Source: Methanobacteriota archaeon (GTDB taxonomy: Archaea > Methanobacteriota > Methanobacteria > Methanobacteriales > Methanobacteriaceae). Taken from it: DNA of 64,000 bases. Numbering within the stretch: the first letter of the stretch is position 1; every line of letters begins with the position of its first letter. Both the position numbers and the translations under genes were made by a program. The DNA is taken from contig CAWBCJ010000001.1 in NCBI GenBank assembly GCA_963787255.1, forward strand, positions 19,540-83,539, in the 5' to 3' direction. Positions 8,237 to 18,294 of this stretch are shown here, piece after piece. The notes below the pieces were generated by a model. It was not told the DNA's origin. It was given only the letters and a program-made list of their open reading frames with translations, and ran no database searches.

Positions 8237-9035
8237 ATGGAAAATGATATCAATTCAAATGATACTGGTTCGGTGGCCAAGTGCGTCATTTTTGATTTTT
8301 TCGCTAATCATCTTGGTTCGACCGTTATACATCCTGGAGGACTTAAAGCAACCAGAAAGTTAGAAGATTCTTTAGAAATTGGCAGCAGTACCAAAGTTTT
8401 AGATATCGCATGCGGAAAAGGTTCAACTGCCTTTTATCTGGCAGAAAAATATGGTTGCCAAGTTGTAGGTATAGACGTATCAGAAGAATTAATTCAAGAA
8501 GCAAATGAATTATGTAAAAAGAAAGGGTTGAATAATCAGGTTAAATTTCAAGTAGGCAATGCAATGGACTTACCTTTTGATGATAACCAATTTGACGTGG
8601 CAATTTCACAGGGAATCCTGGTGTTTTTGTAGACGATAAACAAAAACCATAAATGAAGCCTCCAGAGTAATTAAAAATGGGGGAAAAGCCGGTTGGGTTG
8701 AGCTTAGCTGGAAAAAAGAGCCGAATAAAGATTTTTTAGATAAGGTTTTTAATGTACTTCGTGCATATTGCCTAACAAATGCCAGTACTTATGAAGGATG
8801 GAAAAAGGTTTTTGAAAGGGCTAATATTCATAATTTAGTTGTAATAAAAGGCGAAACCATAACCAGCAATTTCTTTGATTCTCTAAAAGATGAAGGAATT
8901 GTAAACACAATAAAAATAATGTTTAACTCTATGAAAAACAGCGAAATAAGGAATAGGCTTAAAATAATGGGTAAATTTGTTAAAGATAACCATGATTATT
9001 TTGGTTATGGAGTATATGTGCTTGAAAAACCATAA
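8237..9035 (+). pseudogene. Class I SAM-dependent methyltransferase (Methyltransf_11-like) with two frame changes
   Basis: Motif I is VLDIACGKGSTAF, followed by DLPFDDNQFDVAISQGILVF. The sequence continues as VDDKQK and then INEASRVIKNGGKAGWVELSW...GYGVYVLEKP only after frame changes in a T-run (~8622) and an A-run (~8645). Confidence 0.7.
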
Positions 9036-9063
9036 TTTATTATTATCTAATTGAGGTGATTCT

Positions 9064-9654
9064 ATGGTAAAAGCAAAAATTTTATTCGTAAGCGTCCGCA
9101 ATGCTTCCAGGACACAGATGGCAGAAGGTTTCTGTAAAGCTTTCTATGGGGATGAAATCGATGTTTACAGTGCTGGAAGCAATCCACAAGAAATTGACCC
9201 TACAACAATACATGTCATGGATGAGGTAGGAATAGACATTTCCAAACAAACATCAAAGACTTTGCTGGACTTGAAAGACCTTGAAATTGATTATGTTATC
9301 ATGATATGTGGAAATGAATATAATGTCTGCCCAATTTTTGTTGGAGGCATGAAATACTTCAAAAAACCACTCAAGGATATATACCCATTCAAAGGAACAG
9401 AAGCAGGAAAAATTGAGCTTTTAAGAGAAATAAGGGACGAAATAGGTGATTGGGTACAGGACTTTCACTATTATATGAATGGTGAAGCTAAAATATTAAC
9501 AGTTTCAGATTGCTGTGAGTTATTAGGCGCTGATGATGGCTGCTGTGATTTAGAAGGTGTTGGTGGCGGTAGCTGTTGTGATATAGGTGAAACTGATAGT
9601 GAATGCTGTAGTTTTGATTCATCTGATTCTACTCGAAATAAAGACTCTTCTTAA
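9064..9654 (+). CDS. LMW-PTPase-type ArsC paralogue with Ser in place of the nucleophilic Cys and a C-terminal tail carrying four CC pairs
   Basis: The P-loop reads FVSVRNASRTQMAEG (S-X5-R) versus C-X5-R in the neighbouring arsC. It retains CGNEYNVCP. The tail is SDCCELLGADDGCCDLEGVGGGSCCDIGETDSECCSFD. SD GAGGTGAT lies upstream. Confidence 0.75.
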   Translation: MVKAKILFVSVRNASRTQMAEGFCKAFYGDEIDVYSAGSNPQEIDPTTIHVMDEVGIDISKQTSKTLLDLKDLEIDYVIMICGNEYNVCPIFVGGMKYFKKPLKDIYPFKGTEAGKIELLREIRDEIGDWVQDFHYYMNGEAKILTVSDCCELLGADDGCCDLEGVGGGSCCDIGETDSECCSFDSSDSTRNKDSS

Positions 9655-9707
9655 TTTAAAATATTAGGTTTTTTATCGTTAAGCATATAAGCAACTTCTA
9701 CTATTAT

Positions 9708-9739
9708 ATCTATATATCAATATATGTCGATATATAGAT
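9708..9739. promoter_or_regulatory. 11-bp inverted repeat ATCTATATATC-N10-GATATATAGAT upstream of arsR; candidate ArsR operator overlapping a TATA-like sequence
   Basis: Perfect 11/11 arms read directly from the sequence, 64 bp upstream of the arsR start. Confidence 0.45.
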
Positions 9740-9802
9740 TTAACAAAATTAAAAATATAATCTACAAATTAATAGTAGGAAATTTATGGTAGAGGAAGTT
9801 TT

Positions 9803-10159
9803 ATGAAAACTTGTGAAATTTCAGGCGAAGGTAGGCCTAATGAAAATCAAATAAAAAGAATGAAAAAACTTATGGAATCATTACCTAATGATAATCAATT
9901 TGAGGGATATGCAGGTGAACTTAAAGCTTTATCTGATGCTACTCGACTTAAAATCTTATATTTATTATCAGATGGAGAATTATGTGTCTGTGAGATAATA
10001 TGCGCGTTAGATAAGCCACAATCAAGTATATCTCATCATTTAAATATTTTAAAAAATTTGGGTTATATTAAAGGACGTAAAGATGGTGTGTGGATTCATT
10101 ACAGCCTTACAGACCCAAAAATTGCAGAATTGGTTAAAGAATTAATAGAAGTACTCTAA
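9803..10159 (+). CDS. arsR: Arsenic-responsive repressor ArsR
   Basis: Has the canonical ELCVCEI As(III) site followed by the HTH ([22 protein letters not shown]). Immediately precedes arsC. Confidence 0.85.
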   Translation: MKTCEISGEGRPNENQIKRMKKLMESLPNDNQFEGYAGELKALSDATRLKILYLLSDGELCVCEIICALDKPQSSISHHLNILKNLGYIKGRKDGVWIHYSLTDPKIAELVKELIEVL

Positions 10160-10173
10160 TTATGGTGATTTTA

Positions 10174-10674
10174 ATGGCAAAAGAAAGAGTTTTATTTATG
10201 TGTATCCATAATGCAGCCAGATCTCAAATGGCAGAAGGCCTATTCAGGCATTTATATAATGATAATTTTGATGTTTACAGTGCTGGAAGCGATCCTCAGG
10301 CAGTCGACCCTTTAGCAATAAAATGTATGGAAGAAATTGGAATTGATATCTCTAATCATAGATCTAAAAGTTTAAAGGAATTTGAGGGCCAGGTATTTGA
10401 TTATGTTATAACTGTTTGTGGAAATCCATATAGTGCATGTCCTTTCTTTGCCGGGGGTAAAAAATACTTCAAACAACCTTTCGAAGATCCCTCAGCGTTT
10501 GACGGGACAGAAGAAGAAAAATTGGAATTATTTAAAAAAATAAGGGATGAATTAAAAGATTGGATAGAAGATTTATACTATTCATATATGATACCCAAAG
10601 ACGGATGCTGCAATTTAGAAGATATTGAAAGATGCGGTTGCGGGCCAATTGATAAAGAATTCTCATGTAAATAA
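10174..10674 (+). CDS. arsC: Arsenate reductase, thioredoxin-coupled LMW-PTPase type, with a short Cys-rich tail
   Basis: Contains FMCIHNAARSQMAEG (C-X5-R), VCGNPYSACP and FEDPS. The tail is KDGCCNLEDIERCGCGPIDKEFSCK. SD GGTGAT lies before the ATG at 10174 (the track ORF starts at 10162). Confidence 0.85.
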   Translation: MAKERVLFMCIHNAARSQMAEGLFRHLYNDNFDVYSAGSDPQAVDPLAIKCMEEIGIDISNHRSKSLKEFEGQVFDYVITVCGNPYSACPFFAGGKKYFKQPFEDPSAFDGTEEEKLELFKKIRDELKDWIEDLYYSYMIPKDGCCNLEDIERCGCGPIDKEFSCK

Positions 10675-10688
10675 TTGGAGTTGAAAAT

Positions 10689-11344
10689 ATGTTAAACGTT
10701 GCAATAGCTACAGACGGACCATACGGTGAAAGAGCATTTGAAAATATTAAAAAAGAATTCAATACAGAATTTGTTGAACTGGAACAACCTACATCAATGT
10801 TCATGGATGAAATAGACATCCCTGAAGATGCATTAACAAAAATAAAACAAGCAAATATCTTAATAACCTATACACAACACCCTGATCTTACATTAGACCT
10901 TGTGGACATGGTTAACAAGGATGTAGATTACATAATTGTCGCTGCATGGAGAGGAGAAGGATTTAAAAACCAATTAGAAAGATACGAAAACGTAACTTGC
11001 CCATATATCATGTGCGAATTAGAAGAAAACGGCAATGAAGTATTCGATGAATTTACATCTAAAATTGGGAAGCCCAAAGTAGATATAAAACTTGAAGATG
11101 GTCAAATCGTTGATATTAATGTTATTAGGTCTTCTCCTTGCGGTTCAACATCATTTGTAGCAGATTACATATCAGATAAATATTCAAACAGTCTGATTTA
11201 GAAAATGTCCCTACTGAAGCAGGCCTTAAATTACAACATTATCCTTGCAGGGCTGCTAAAATGAGACTATTTTCAGATGAAGAGTGTAAAAAAGAAATGG
11301 CATCAGGTTTTCATAGAGATGCATTCGAAGAAGCTCTCAAATAG
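10689..11344 (+). pseudogene. Conserved archaeal protein (possibly DUF166 family) with one frame change near 11190
   Basis: The 170-aa ORF ends ...DKYSNSLI*. The next frame continues [47 protein letters not shown]. Family assignment is uncertain. Confidence 0.45.
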
Positions 11345-11368
11345 TAGTAAAATGAAGTTTTTTGAGGA

Positions 11369-11386
11369 TCGAAATCTACGATTTCA
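11369..11386. repeat. Solitary copy of the GAAATC-N3-GATTTC hairpin motif
   Basis: The sequence is tcGAAATCtacGATTTCa in the 10689-11344 / acr3 intergenic region. Its flank (ttgaggatcgaaatcta) resembles the copy at 17493. Confidence 0.6.
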
Positions 11387-11411
11387 AATGCGTTAAAATA
11401 GAGGGAAAATT

Positions 11412-12527
11412 ATGGGTAAGAGCATACGGATCAAGTTACAAGTCAACTTTGCGGAGTTACACGTCTTAGTTTTCTTGATAGATATTTAACTCTTTGGATT
11501 TTCCTTGCAATGGCTATTGGAGTTTCAATAGGTTATTTTATTCCGGAGTAGAATCATTTATCGGCATGTTTTCAGTTGGAACAACAAGCATACCAATAGC
11601 CATTGGATTAATCTTAATGATGTATCCTCCACTTGCAAAGGTAAAATACGAAGAATTAGGAGATGTATTTAAAAACAAGAAAATTTTAGGGTTAGCTATT
11701 TTCCAAAACTGGGTTATAGCGACCTATTTTAATGTTTATATTAGCAGTAGTCTTCTTAAGTGGATTCCCAGAATTCCTTGACTGGTTTAATCCTAATCGG
11801 AATAGCTCCATGTATTGCAATGGTAATAGTTGGAATGAACTTGCCAAGGAAATACCGAATATGCAGCAGGCCTTGTAGCATTTAACAGCGTATTTCAAGT
11901 ACTATTTTACAGTGTTTATGCATATATCTTCATTACAGTGCTTCCACCTCTACTTGGATTACAGGGAAGCGTTGTAAATTTCAGTATAACCCAAATAGCT
12001 CAGGTGTGTTTATTTATCTTGGAATTCCATTTTTAGCAGGAATTACAAGATTTGTCTTAATAAAATATAAAGGCAAAAATGGTATGAAACTAAATTTATT
12101 CCTAAAATTAGCCCCATTACACTGATAGCGCTACTATTCACCATTGTGGTAATGTTCAGTTTAAAGGGGAACTTTATAATTCAAATACCCCTGGATGTAG
12201 TTCGTATTGCAATTCCACTGCTCATTTACTTCTTGATAATGTTTTTCATAACATTTTACTTAGGTTACAGATGGAGCGGATTACTCTAAAACAACTACAA
12301 TATCTTTTACAGCCGCAAGTAACAATTTTGAGCTTGCAATAGCTGTTGCAGTGGCAGTTTTTGGAATAGGATCTGGAGTTGCATTTGCTACAGTAATCGG
12401 GCCTTTAATAGAAGTCCCTGTGCTTATTGGTTTAGTTAATGTGGCCCTATTATTCCAAAGGAAATATTTTAAGGATAGAACAATTTATAAAACTTATAAA
12501 ATGGAGGAAGAATCATATGGAAGATAA
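11412..12527 (+). pseudogene. acr3: Arsenite efflux permease ACR3, heavily disrupted (about nine frame changes)
   Basis: Stitched by hand over all three frames: [28 protein letters not shown] / [38 protein letters not shown]... / [19 protein letters not shown] / TGLILIGIAPCIAMVIV / WNELAK / [20 protein letters not shown]... / [24 protein letters not shown] / [20 protein letters not shown]... / [31 protein letters not shown]...[16 protein letters not shown]. Confidence 0.85.
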
Positions 12528-12642
12528 TAAATGTGGGATGTGAAGACACCAAACAAGATAAAGAAATTGAAGAAAAGTTAAAAGAAGATACTGGATGCGG
12601 ATGTGGCGAAGAACCCGTACAAGAGCCTGAAGAAGATGCTGG

Positions 12643-13418
<776 letters not shown>

Positions 13419-13422
<4 letters not shown>

Positions 13423-13841
13423 ATGCTAAATTAAAAGAAAAGCAAAATAAAAAGTTTAAAGTTGAATTATGGAATAATTGGGCTAAACAAAACTCTAATC
13501 TATTTACTGACTTAGTTGATGGCGCTACTATAGCAATAGCTATGACAGAAAACAATGAAAAGTTAGTCTTTTTAGAAAAAGGAAATAATGATTTAAACAT
13601 AAGTATAAAACCTCTAAAAGAATTAGAAAGTTCTAATGCAGATTTATTATTCGTTATCGACGAAAAAGACATTGAAGAAATATTAAAAGATGATGATCCT
13701 TTAAAATTCGTAAATTTACTTTCTTCTAGGAGAATAGAAGTTTATGGACTTATGGATCATTTACAACTTATGGATAAAGGATACACGAAGTTTTTAAACA
13801 ATTTAGGCATTAGTATAGGTGGAGGAAACTGCTGCGGTTAA
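13419..13841 (+). CDS. Hypothetical protein, possibly SCP2-like fold, ending in GGGNCCG
   Basis: 140-aa ORF whose start overlaps the previous stop (ATGA). The pattern [48 protein letters not shown] loosely resembles an SCP2 C-terminal half. It carries a terminal CC pair. Confidence 0.4.
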
Positions 13842-13876
13842 ATACCCCTTTTATAAAAATTTTGTAGGTAATTAAA

Positions 13877-14059
13877 TTGACTAAAGAAGAAAATAAACCA
13901 GTAATGGAAGGTAATCAGAATATTGGGCCCTTTTCAAATTGTGCTTGCATAAAACCTCAAAAGGAAGGCTTTATAGAAGCCATATGCGAAGTTTGTGATA
14001 AAGTATTTACAACAAATAAAGATGTTTATATCTGTCCAGAATGCCATGAAAAAAGCTAA
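13877..14059 (+). CDS. Small zinc-ribbon protein
   Basis: Contains C.VCDKVFTTNKDVYICPEC (two CxxC knuckles). Paralogous to the C-terminus of 15801-16037. TTG start per the track. Confidence 0.5.
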   Translation: MTKEENKPVMEGNQNIGPFSNCACIKPQKEGFIEAICEVCDKVFTTNKDVYICPECHEKS

Positions 14060-14147
14060 AAATATCTATCAGTAGGGAATTTATACGTTAAACTTTGAAA
14101 ATAAAGTAAAATTTCGGTTGATGATAAACCAAAAGGTTGTGGATATG

Positions 14148-14345
14148 GATGCCAGTAACACCAGAGCATGAAAAAGAATTTGAAAAAGCAGTAGAAGAGG
14201 ATAAAAAGAAACGAAGCAAATGCAGTATTTTTAATATAATAAATACAAAAAGAAGCGGTGAAAGCGATAAATGAAGTTTGTGAGAGTATATTACAACAAA
14301 TAAAGATGTTTATATTTGTCCAGATTGCCTTGGAAAACCAAGAAA
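14148..14345 (+). pseudogene. Decayed paralogue of the zinc-ribbon gene
   Basis: 14278-14340 (tttgtgagagtatattacaacaaataaagatgtttatatttgtccagattgcc) aligns with 13988-14050 of the intact gene, with a 1-nt gap. The upstream ORF MPVTPEHEKEFEKAVEEDKKKRSK... is in another frame. Confidence 0.3.
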
Positions 14346-14645
14346 TAAATGTTTTTTTTTATGTTAAAAGATATTAGATGGAACTAAAAAGTTAAATAAA
14401 GATGAATTGGTGTCAATCTTAATTATTTTTTTTATTGTTTTTAAAATATTTTTTTTTTATTACAATTAATTCGAAAAAATGGGATTTAGTATTAAATTTT
14501 TAATACTTTTAATTATAAAAAACAAGTTCCAGTAATACCAAAGGAAACCTTTATATGATATAAATTCAGACCCATATAGTGAGGTTAAAGGGTTATAGAG
14601 TATTTTTATAGGATTATTACGTTTTACCCTTAGAATTAGGGTTTT

Positions 14646-14670
14646 GTAATACTATATAATGAGTAATACT
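14646..14670. promoter_or_regulatory. Two direct repeats of GTAATACT bracketing a TATA-like box (ATATAATGA) upstream of cbiM
   Basis: The sequence is GTAATACTatataatgaGTAATACT, 34-58 nt upstream of the ATG at 14704. A third GTAATAC lies at 14532-14538. Confidence 0.3.
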
Positions 14671-14703
14671 GACCCTTATACAAAATTAAGGAGGATTTAA
14701 AAG

Positions 14704-15348
14704 ATGCATATACCTGATGGTTTAATTCCATTTCCACAATACCTAATATATGGTATTATATCTTTAATTGCAATATTCTTTGCTCTTAAATGGGCAAGAA
14801 GTAATCTTGATGAAAGAGCAATTCCATTATTAGCTGTTTTATCTGCCGGTATTTTCGCTATACAAGCCATGAATATTCCCATTCCCTTTGGAACAAGCGG
14901 ACACATGGTGGGTGCGGCATTAGTAGCTATTGTATTGGGCAGTCCATGGGCAGCAGTCCTGGTCTTATCAATAGTATTAGTACTCCAAGGATTGTTATTC
15001 GGTGACGGCGGAATGACCGCCTTAGGCGTGAACATATTCAACATGGGAGTTGTAGGAGGATTTGCAGGATTCTACACATACAAATCACTTAAAAATATTA
15101 ATGGAAAGTTCGCAGTGTTTACTGCAGGATGGATGTCAATATTTATAGCTTCAATTGTCGCTGCATTTGAACTTGCAATATCCGGAGCTTTCCCACTGGA
15201 TTTAGGCCTTTTATACATGGGAGGATTCCATGCAATGTATGGACTAATTGAAGGAGCAATAACATTAGTAGTAGTTTTAGCAATACAAAATGTAAGACCC
15301 GACTTATTCTCTCTTGAACAAAAACCAAGTGAGGTGCCAGCAAAATGA
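14704..15348 (+). CDS. cbiM: ECF-type Co/Ni transporter substrate-capture component CbiM/NikM
   Basis: Has the diagnostic N-terminus MHIPDG. 214 aa and multi-TM, with the GHMVGAAL motif region. Confidence 0.85.
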   Translation: MHIPDGLIPFPQYLIYGIISLIAIFFALKWARSNLDERAIPLLAVLSAGIFAIQAMNIPIPFGTSGHMVGAALVAIVLGSPWAAVLVLSIVLVLQGLLFGDGGMTALGVNIFNMGVVGGFAGFYTYKSLKNINGKFAVFTAGWMSIFIASIVAAFELAISGAFPLDLGLLYMGGFHAMYGLIEGAITLVVVLAIQNVRPDLFSLEQKPSEVPAK

Positions 15349-15644
15349 GCCCAAAAAACAAAAAATTTCTACTAGGTGGAATAACAATTGCTTTAATAAT
15401 AGCCATTCTTGCACCCTTTTTAGCTTCATCTAATCCAGATGGTTTAGACAGTACTGCTCAAAAAGTGATGGAGAATCCGGAAACAGAACCTGCATTTGAG
15501 TCACCATTTTCAGACTACACCATTCCCGCTTTAGGTGAAGAAAATCCATTAGGCGGTGTGGCAGCTTTAGTTCTTGGGACTTTACTGGTTCTTGGAATTG
15601 CATATGGCCTGGGAATAGGGTTAAAAAAAGAAAAAGTAGAGTAA
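15345..15644 (+). CDS. PDGLE-domain small membrane protein (CbiN/NikN-like partner of CbiM)
   Basis: Two TM helices flank SSNPDGLDS (PDGLE motif). Its start overlaps the cbiM stop. No cbiQ or cbiO follows. Confidence 0.6.
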   Translation: MSPKNKKFLLGGITIALIIAILAPFLASSNPDGLDSTAQKVMENPETEPAFESPFSDYTIPALGEENPLGGVAALVLGTLLVLGIAYGLGIGLKKEKVE

Positions 15645-15800
15645 TTCTACTTTTCTATCTATTTTTTTTACAATTTAATTTTCAATTCACCCTAATTTCT
15701 TAGGAAGTGTTTGACACGTAATATCGACTAATTTTTTACCCACAATGGTCGCCATATTATACAGGAAAGTGATTAATATGAAATCATATTGAAGTGATAT

Positions 15801-16037
15801 TTACCTCTTTTCACATTTAAAACATAAATTTGTGTCTCTGTTTGTTTTAAATACTTTTCCACATTTTTGGCATGTAACCTGCTGGATACTAGATTCTTTT
15901 TTACAAAAATTCTTAAACATTCTAACGGAACAATTGTAATTATTGGCTTGGATTCCTGCTTTTGCTTTCCGGTCTAAAGCTTCTTCCTCATACTTCCTTC
16001 TAAGAGCTTTTTTCCTTTTTTGATCATCACTTGGCAT
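15801..16037 (-). CDS. Small basic zinc-ribbon protein
   Basis: The lysine/arginine-rich N-terminus is followed by CQKCGKVFKTNRDTNLCFKCEKR. Paralogue of 13877-14059. Confidence 0.5.
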   Translation of the reverse strand: MPSDDQKRKKALRRKYEEEALDRKAKAGIQANNYNCSVRMFKNFCKKESSIQQVTCQKCGKVFKTNRDTNLCFKCEKR

Positions 16038-16085
16038 TTATATCTCCAAATTTATAGAAAGAATATACATTATTTAGTATTAAAT

Positions 16086-16754
16086 TTATTTAACTCCTCT
16101 GATCACTACAAATGAACCTTCCCCGTATCCTTTCTTTACAGGTTCAATATCTTTTAATTTCACTGATGACTGGAATAATGTCTGTCTAAAACTAAAATCT
16201 CTGAAATGGGCCTTTTCCATATATGAGACAACTTCTTTAACTGAATAAAATATTGCATCTTTGTAAAATGTGCTCTCATTTCTTTGTTTTTTATAGAATT
16301 TCCCCAGTAAACTATTGGCATCTATAAAACCGATTATTAGATAGCCTCCAGATTTAAGCACCCTATTTGCCTCTTCTAACGATTTTTCAACATCATTGAG
16401 GAAACATATTGTTGTAACCATTAAAACAAAATCAAATTGGGAATCAGGAAAAGGAAGGGATTCAGCAACTCCTTCAATGAATTCTATACCTCTTTTTTGG
16501 GCTATTTTTCCCATATTTTTGGATGGATCAATACCTAATTTAATTCCAAGCGGAGCTGCAAAGCGCCCACTTCCAACACCAATTTCAATACCGTTTCTAC
16601 TTTTAGGTAATAGTTCTTTAACGGCTTGAAGCTCTGATTTATAAGAAGACTTGTTTTTATCAAACCATTGGTCATATTTTTCTGCATATTTTTCAAAAGG
16701 CTCAAATTTCACCATTATTTTCTCTCTTCTGTTCTTTAAACCATTTAATGCCAT
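16086..16754 (-). CDS. Class I SAM-dependent methyltransferase
   Basis: Motif I is IEIGVGSGRFAAPLG. Also has PFPDSQFDFVLMVTTICFL and LKSGGYLIIG. Confidence 0.75.
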   Translation of the reverse strand: MALNGLKNRREKIMVKFEPFEKYAEKYDQWFDKNKSSYKSELQAVKELLPKSRNGIEIGVGSGRFAAPLGIKLGIDPSKNMGKIAQKRGIEFIEGVAESLPFPDSQFDFVLMVTTICFLNDVEKSLEEANRVLKSGGYLIIGFIDANSLLGKFYKKQRNESTFYKDAIFYSVKEVVSYMEKAHFRDFSFRQTLFQSSVKLKDIEPVKKGYGEGSFVVIRGVK

Positions 16755-16857
16755 ACTGTTATTATATTTTTTTTATTAAATTGTAATTATTTCTTTGGGT
16801 AGTGCTTAAAAAAAAATTAATAATACTTAAATTATATATTATTAATGGTGAATTATT

Positions 16858-17439
16858 ATGAAAAAGACAATTGAAAATTTGGCAAAAGCTTTTATTGGTG
16901 AAAGCCAGGCAAGAAACAGGTACACAATGTATGCAAAAGTTGCAAAAAAAGAAGGATATGAACAAGTTTCTGAAATCTTCCTGAATAATGCAGAAAACGA
17001 AAGAGAACATGCAAAATGGTCAATGAAAATGATCAACGGATTAAAAAAAGCAGGTGAGGTTCCAGACGAAATTATAGTTAAAGCAGACGCTCCAACAACC
17101 TTTGGAACTACAGTTGAAAACCTTAAAGCCTCGATTACAGGTGAACATTACGAATATACTGAAATGTATCCCCAATTTGCAGATGTAGCTGAAGAAGAAG
17201 GGCTAAAAGACATTGCTAAGAGATTAAGGGCAATTGGTAAAGTAGAAGAGCATCACGAAGAACGATTCAAGAGAATTTTAGACCAAATAGAATCTGGTAC
17301 AGTCTGGAAAAAAGATAAAGAAGTTGAATGGGTTTGCAGAAAATGTGGTTATGTGCATCGTGGAATGGAACCTATTGAAGAATGTCCTTCCTGTGATCAC
17401 CCTAAAAAATACTTCCAGATCAAATGCGAAGAATATTAA
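16858..17439 (+). CDS. rbr: Rubrerythrin
   Basis: The ferritin-like di-iron half has E..H motifs (ENEREHAKW, EEHHEERF). The C-terminal rubredoxin-like part is CRKCGYVH...CPSCDHP. Confidence 0.9.
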   Translation: MKKTIENLAKAFIGESQARNRYTMYAKVAKKEGYEQVSEIFLNNAENEREHAKWSMKMINGLKKAGEVPDEIIVKADAPTTFGTTVENLKASITGEHYEYTEMYPQFADVAEEEGLKDIAKRLRAIGKVEEHHEERFKRILDQIESGTVWKKDKEVEWVCRKCGYVHRGMEPIEECPSCDHPKKYFQIKCEEY

Positions 17440-17492
17440 AAAATAATCTTTTTTTTATTATTTAAAGTAATATTTACAGTGTTTGGAGCTAC

Positions 17493-17532
17493 GAAATCTA
17501 TGATTTCTACGGCCCACGACTTCAGTCGCGGG
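17493..17532. repeat. GAAATC-tat-GATTTC hairpin followed by a second GC-rich hairpin (CCCACGAC-ttca-GTCGCGGG)
   Basis: Read directly from the sequence. It sits exactly at the truncated 3' end of the PAS relic 17539-17917. Confidence 0.6.
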
Positions 17533-17538
17533 AGTATA

Positions 17539-17917
17539 TCAGAAGCTTCTATTGAACATTTTTTGAAGGTGAAAATCTTTAAATTTATCTTCAGGAATGA
17601 AATCAGTTATTTTCTTTCCAATCATCTTTTCTAGAGGAATTTTAGACATTGAGGCTAGTTGACTGTTACAATAAAAAATAGAGTAATCAGGGGGCCAATA
17701 TAGCTACTCCTTGGTTCATCCCTTCGATTAAAACCCGGTAAATATAGTCTGCACCCTTAAATGTAAAAGTCTGAGCTCCTTCAGGAGTATTGACCAGTAG
17801 TGCATCTACTTCACTACTTCGGATAGCATCAAGAGTTTCTTCAGATTCGAGAAGTCTTATTTTAAGCTCATCTACTTCTGCAAGAAGTTCTTCTCTTGTC
17901 TTTTCCTTTTTTGTCAT
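17539..17917 (-). pseudogene. Truncated and frameshifted PAS sensor relic
   Basis: ORF 17687-17917 (coiled coil plus start of a PAS domain, ...GMNQGVAILAP) continues in another frame as DYSILYCNSQLASMSKIPLEKMIGKKITDFIPEDKFKDFHLQKMFNRSF*, then stops. No output domain is present. Confidence 0.6.
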
Positions 17918-18294
17918 TTAAACTCCCTAAGATTAGTGGATTATTTTTTGTAATATTTGGTATCTCATTCTTTAGGTGCAATTCTAGGAGGATCCTATCC
18001 TTATTTAAAACACTGCTATCTGGTTTGTTTGTATCTGGTTTATATCATCCTATATCTCTATATTTTCAATGATTAAAACTCAAGAATGCTACATAATTAT
18101 CTGAATTAATTGCATTTAAATAAGTTGTGATTTAATTATAAAAGAAAAATGAAAACTTTTAAATATTATTTTATAGTAATTTTTATAATAATTTTGGTTC
18201 AAAAAATAATAGTTTTAAACACGTTTAATGCTACTTATAAAATCTAGTTTTAAAAATAGGAATTTAATATCATAGTAAAATGGGGGTGTTAAAT

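Noticed and set aside
14400-14703. Cobalamin or Ni/Co riboswitch upstream of cbiM
   Set aside because: I could not recognise a B12-box or NiCo-type conserved core. Only a weak 5-bp hairpin (ACCCT/AGGGT) is present. Protein-mediated control via the GTAATACT repeats seems more likely.
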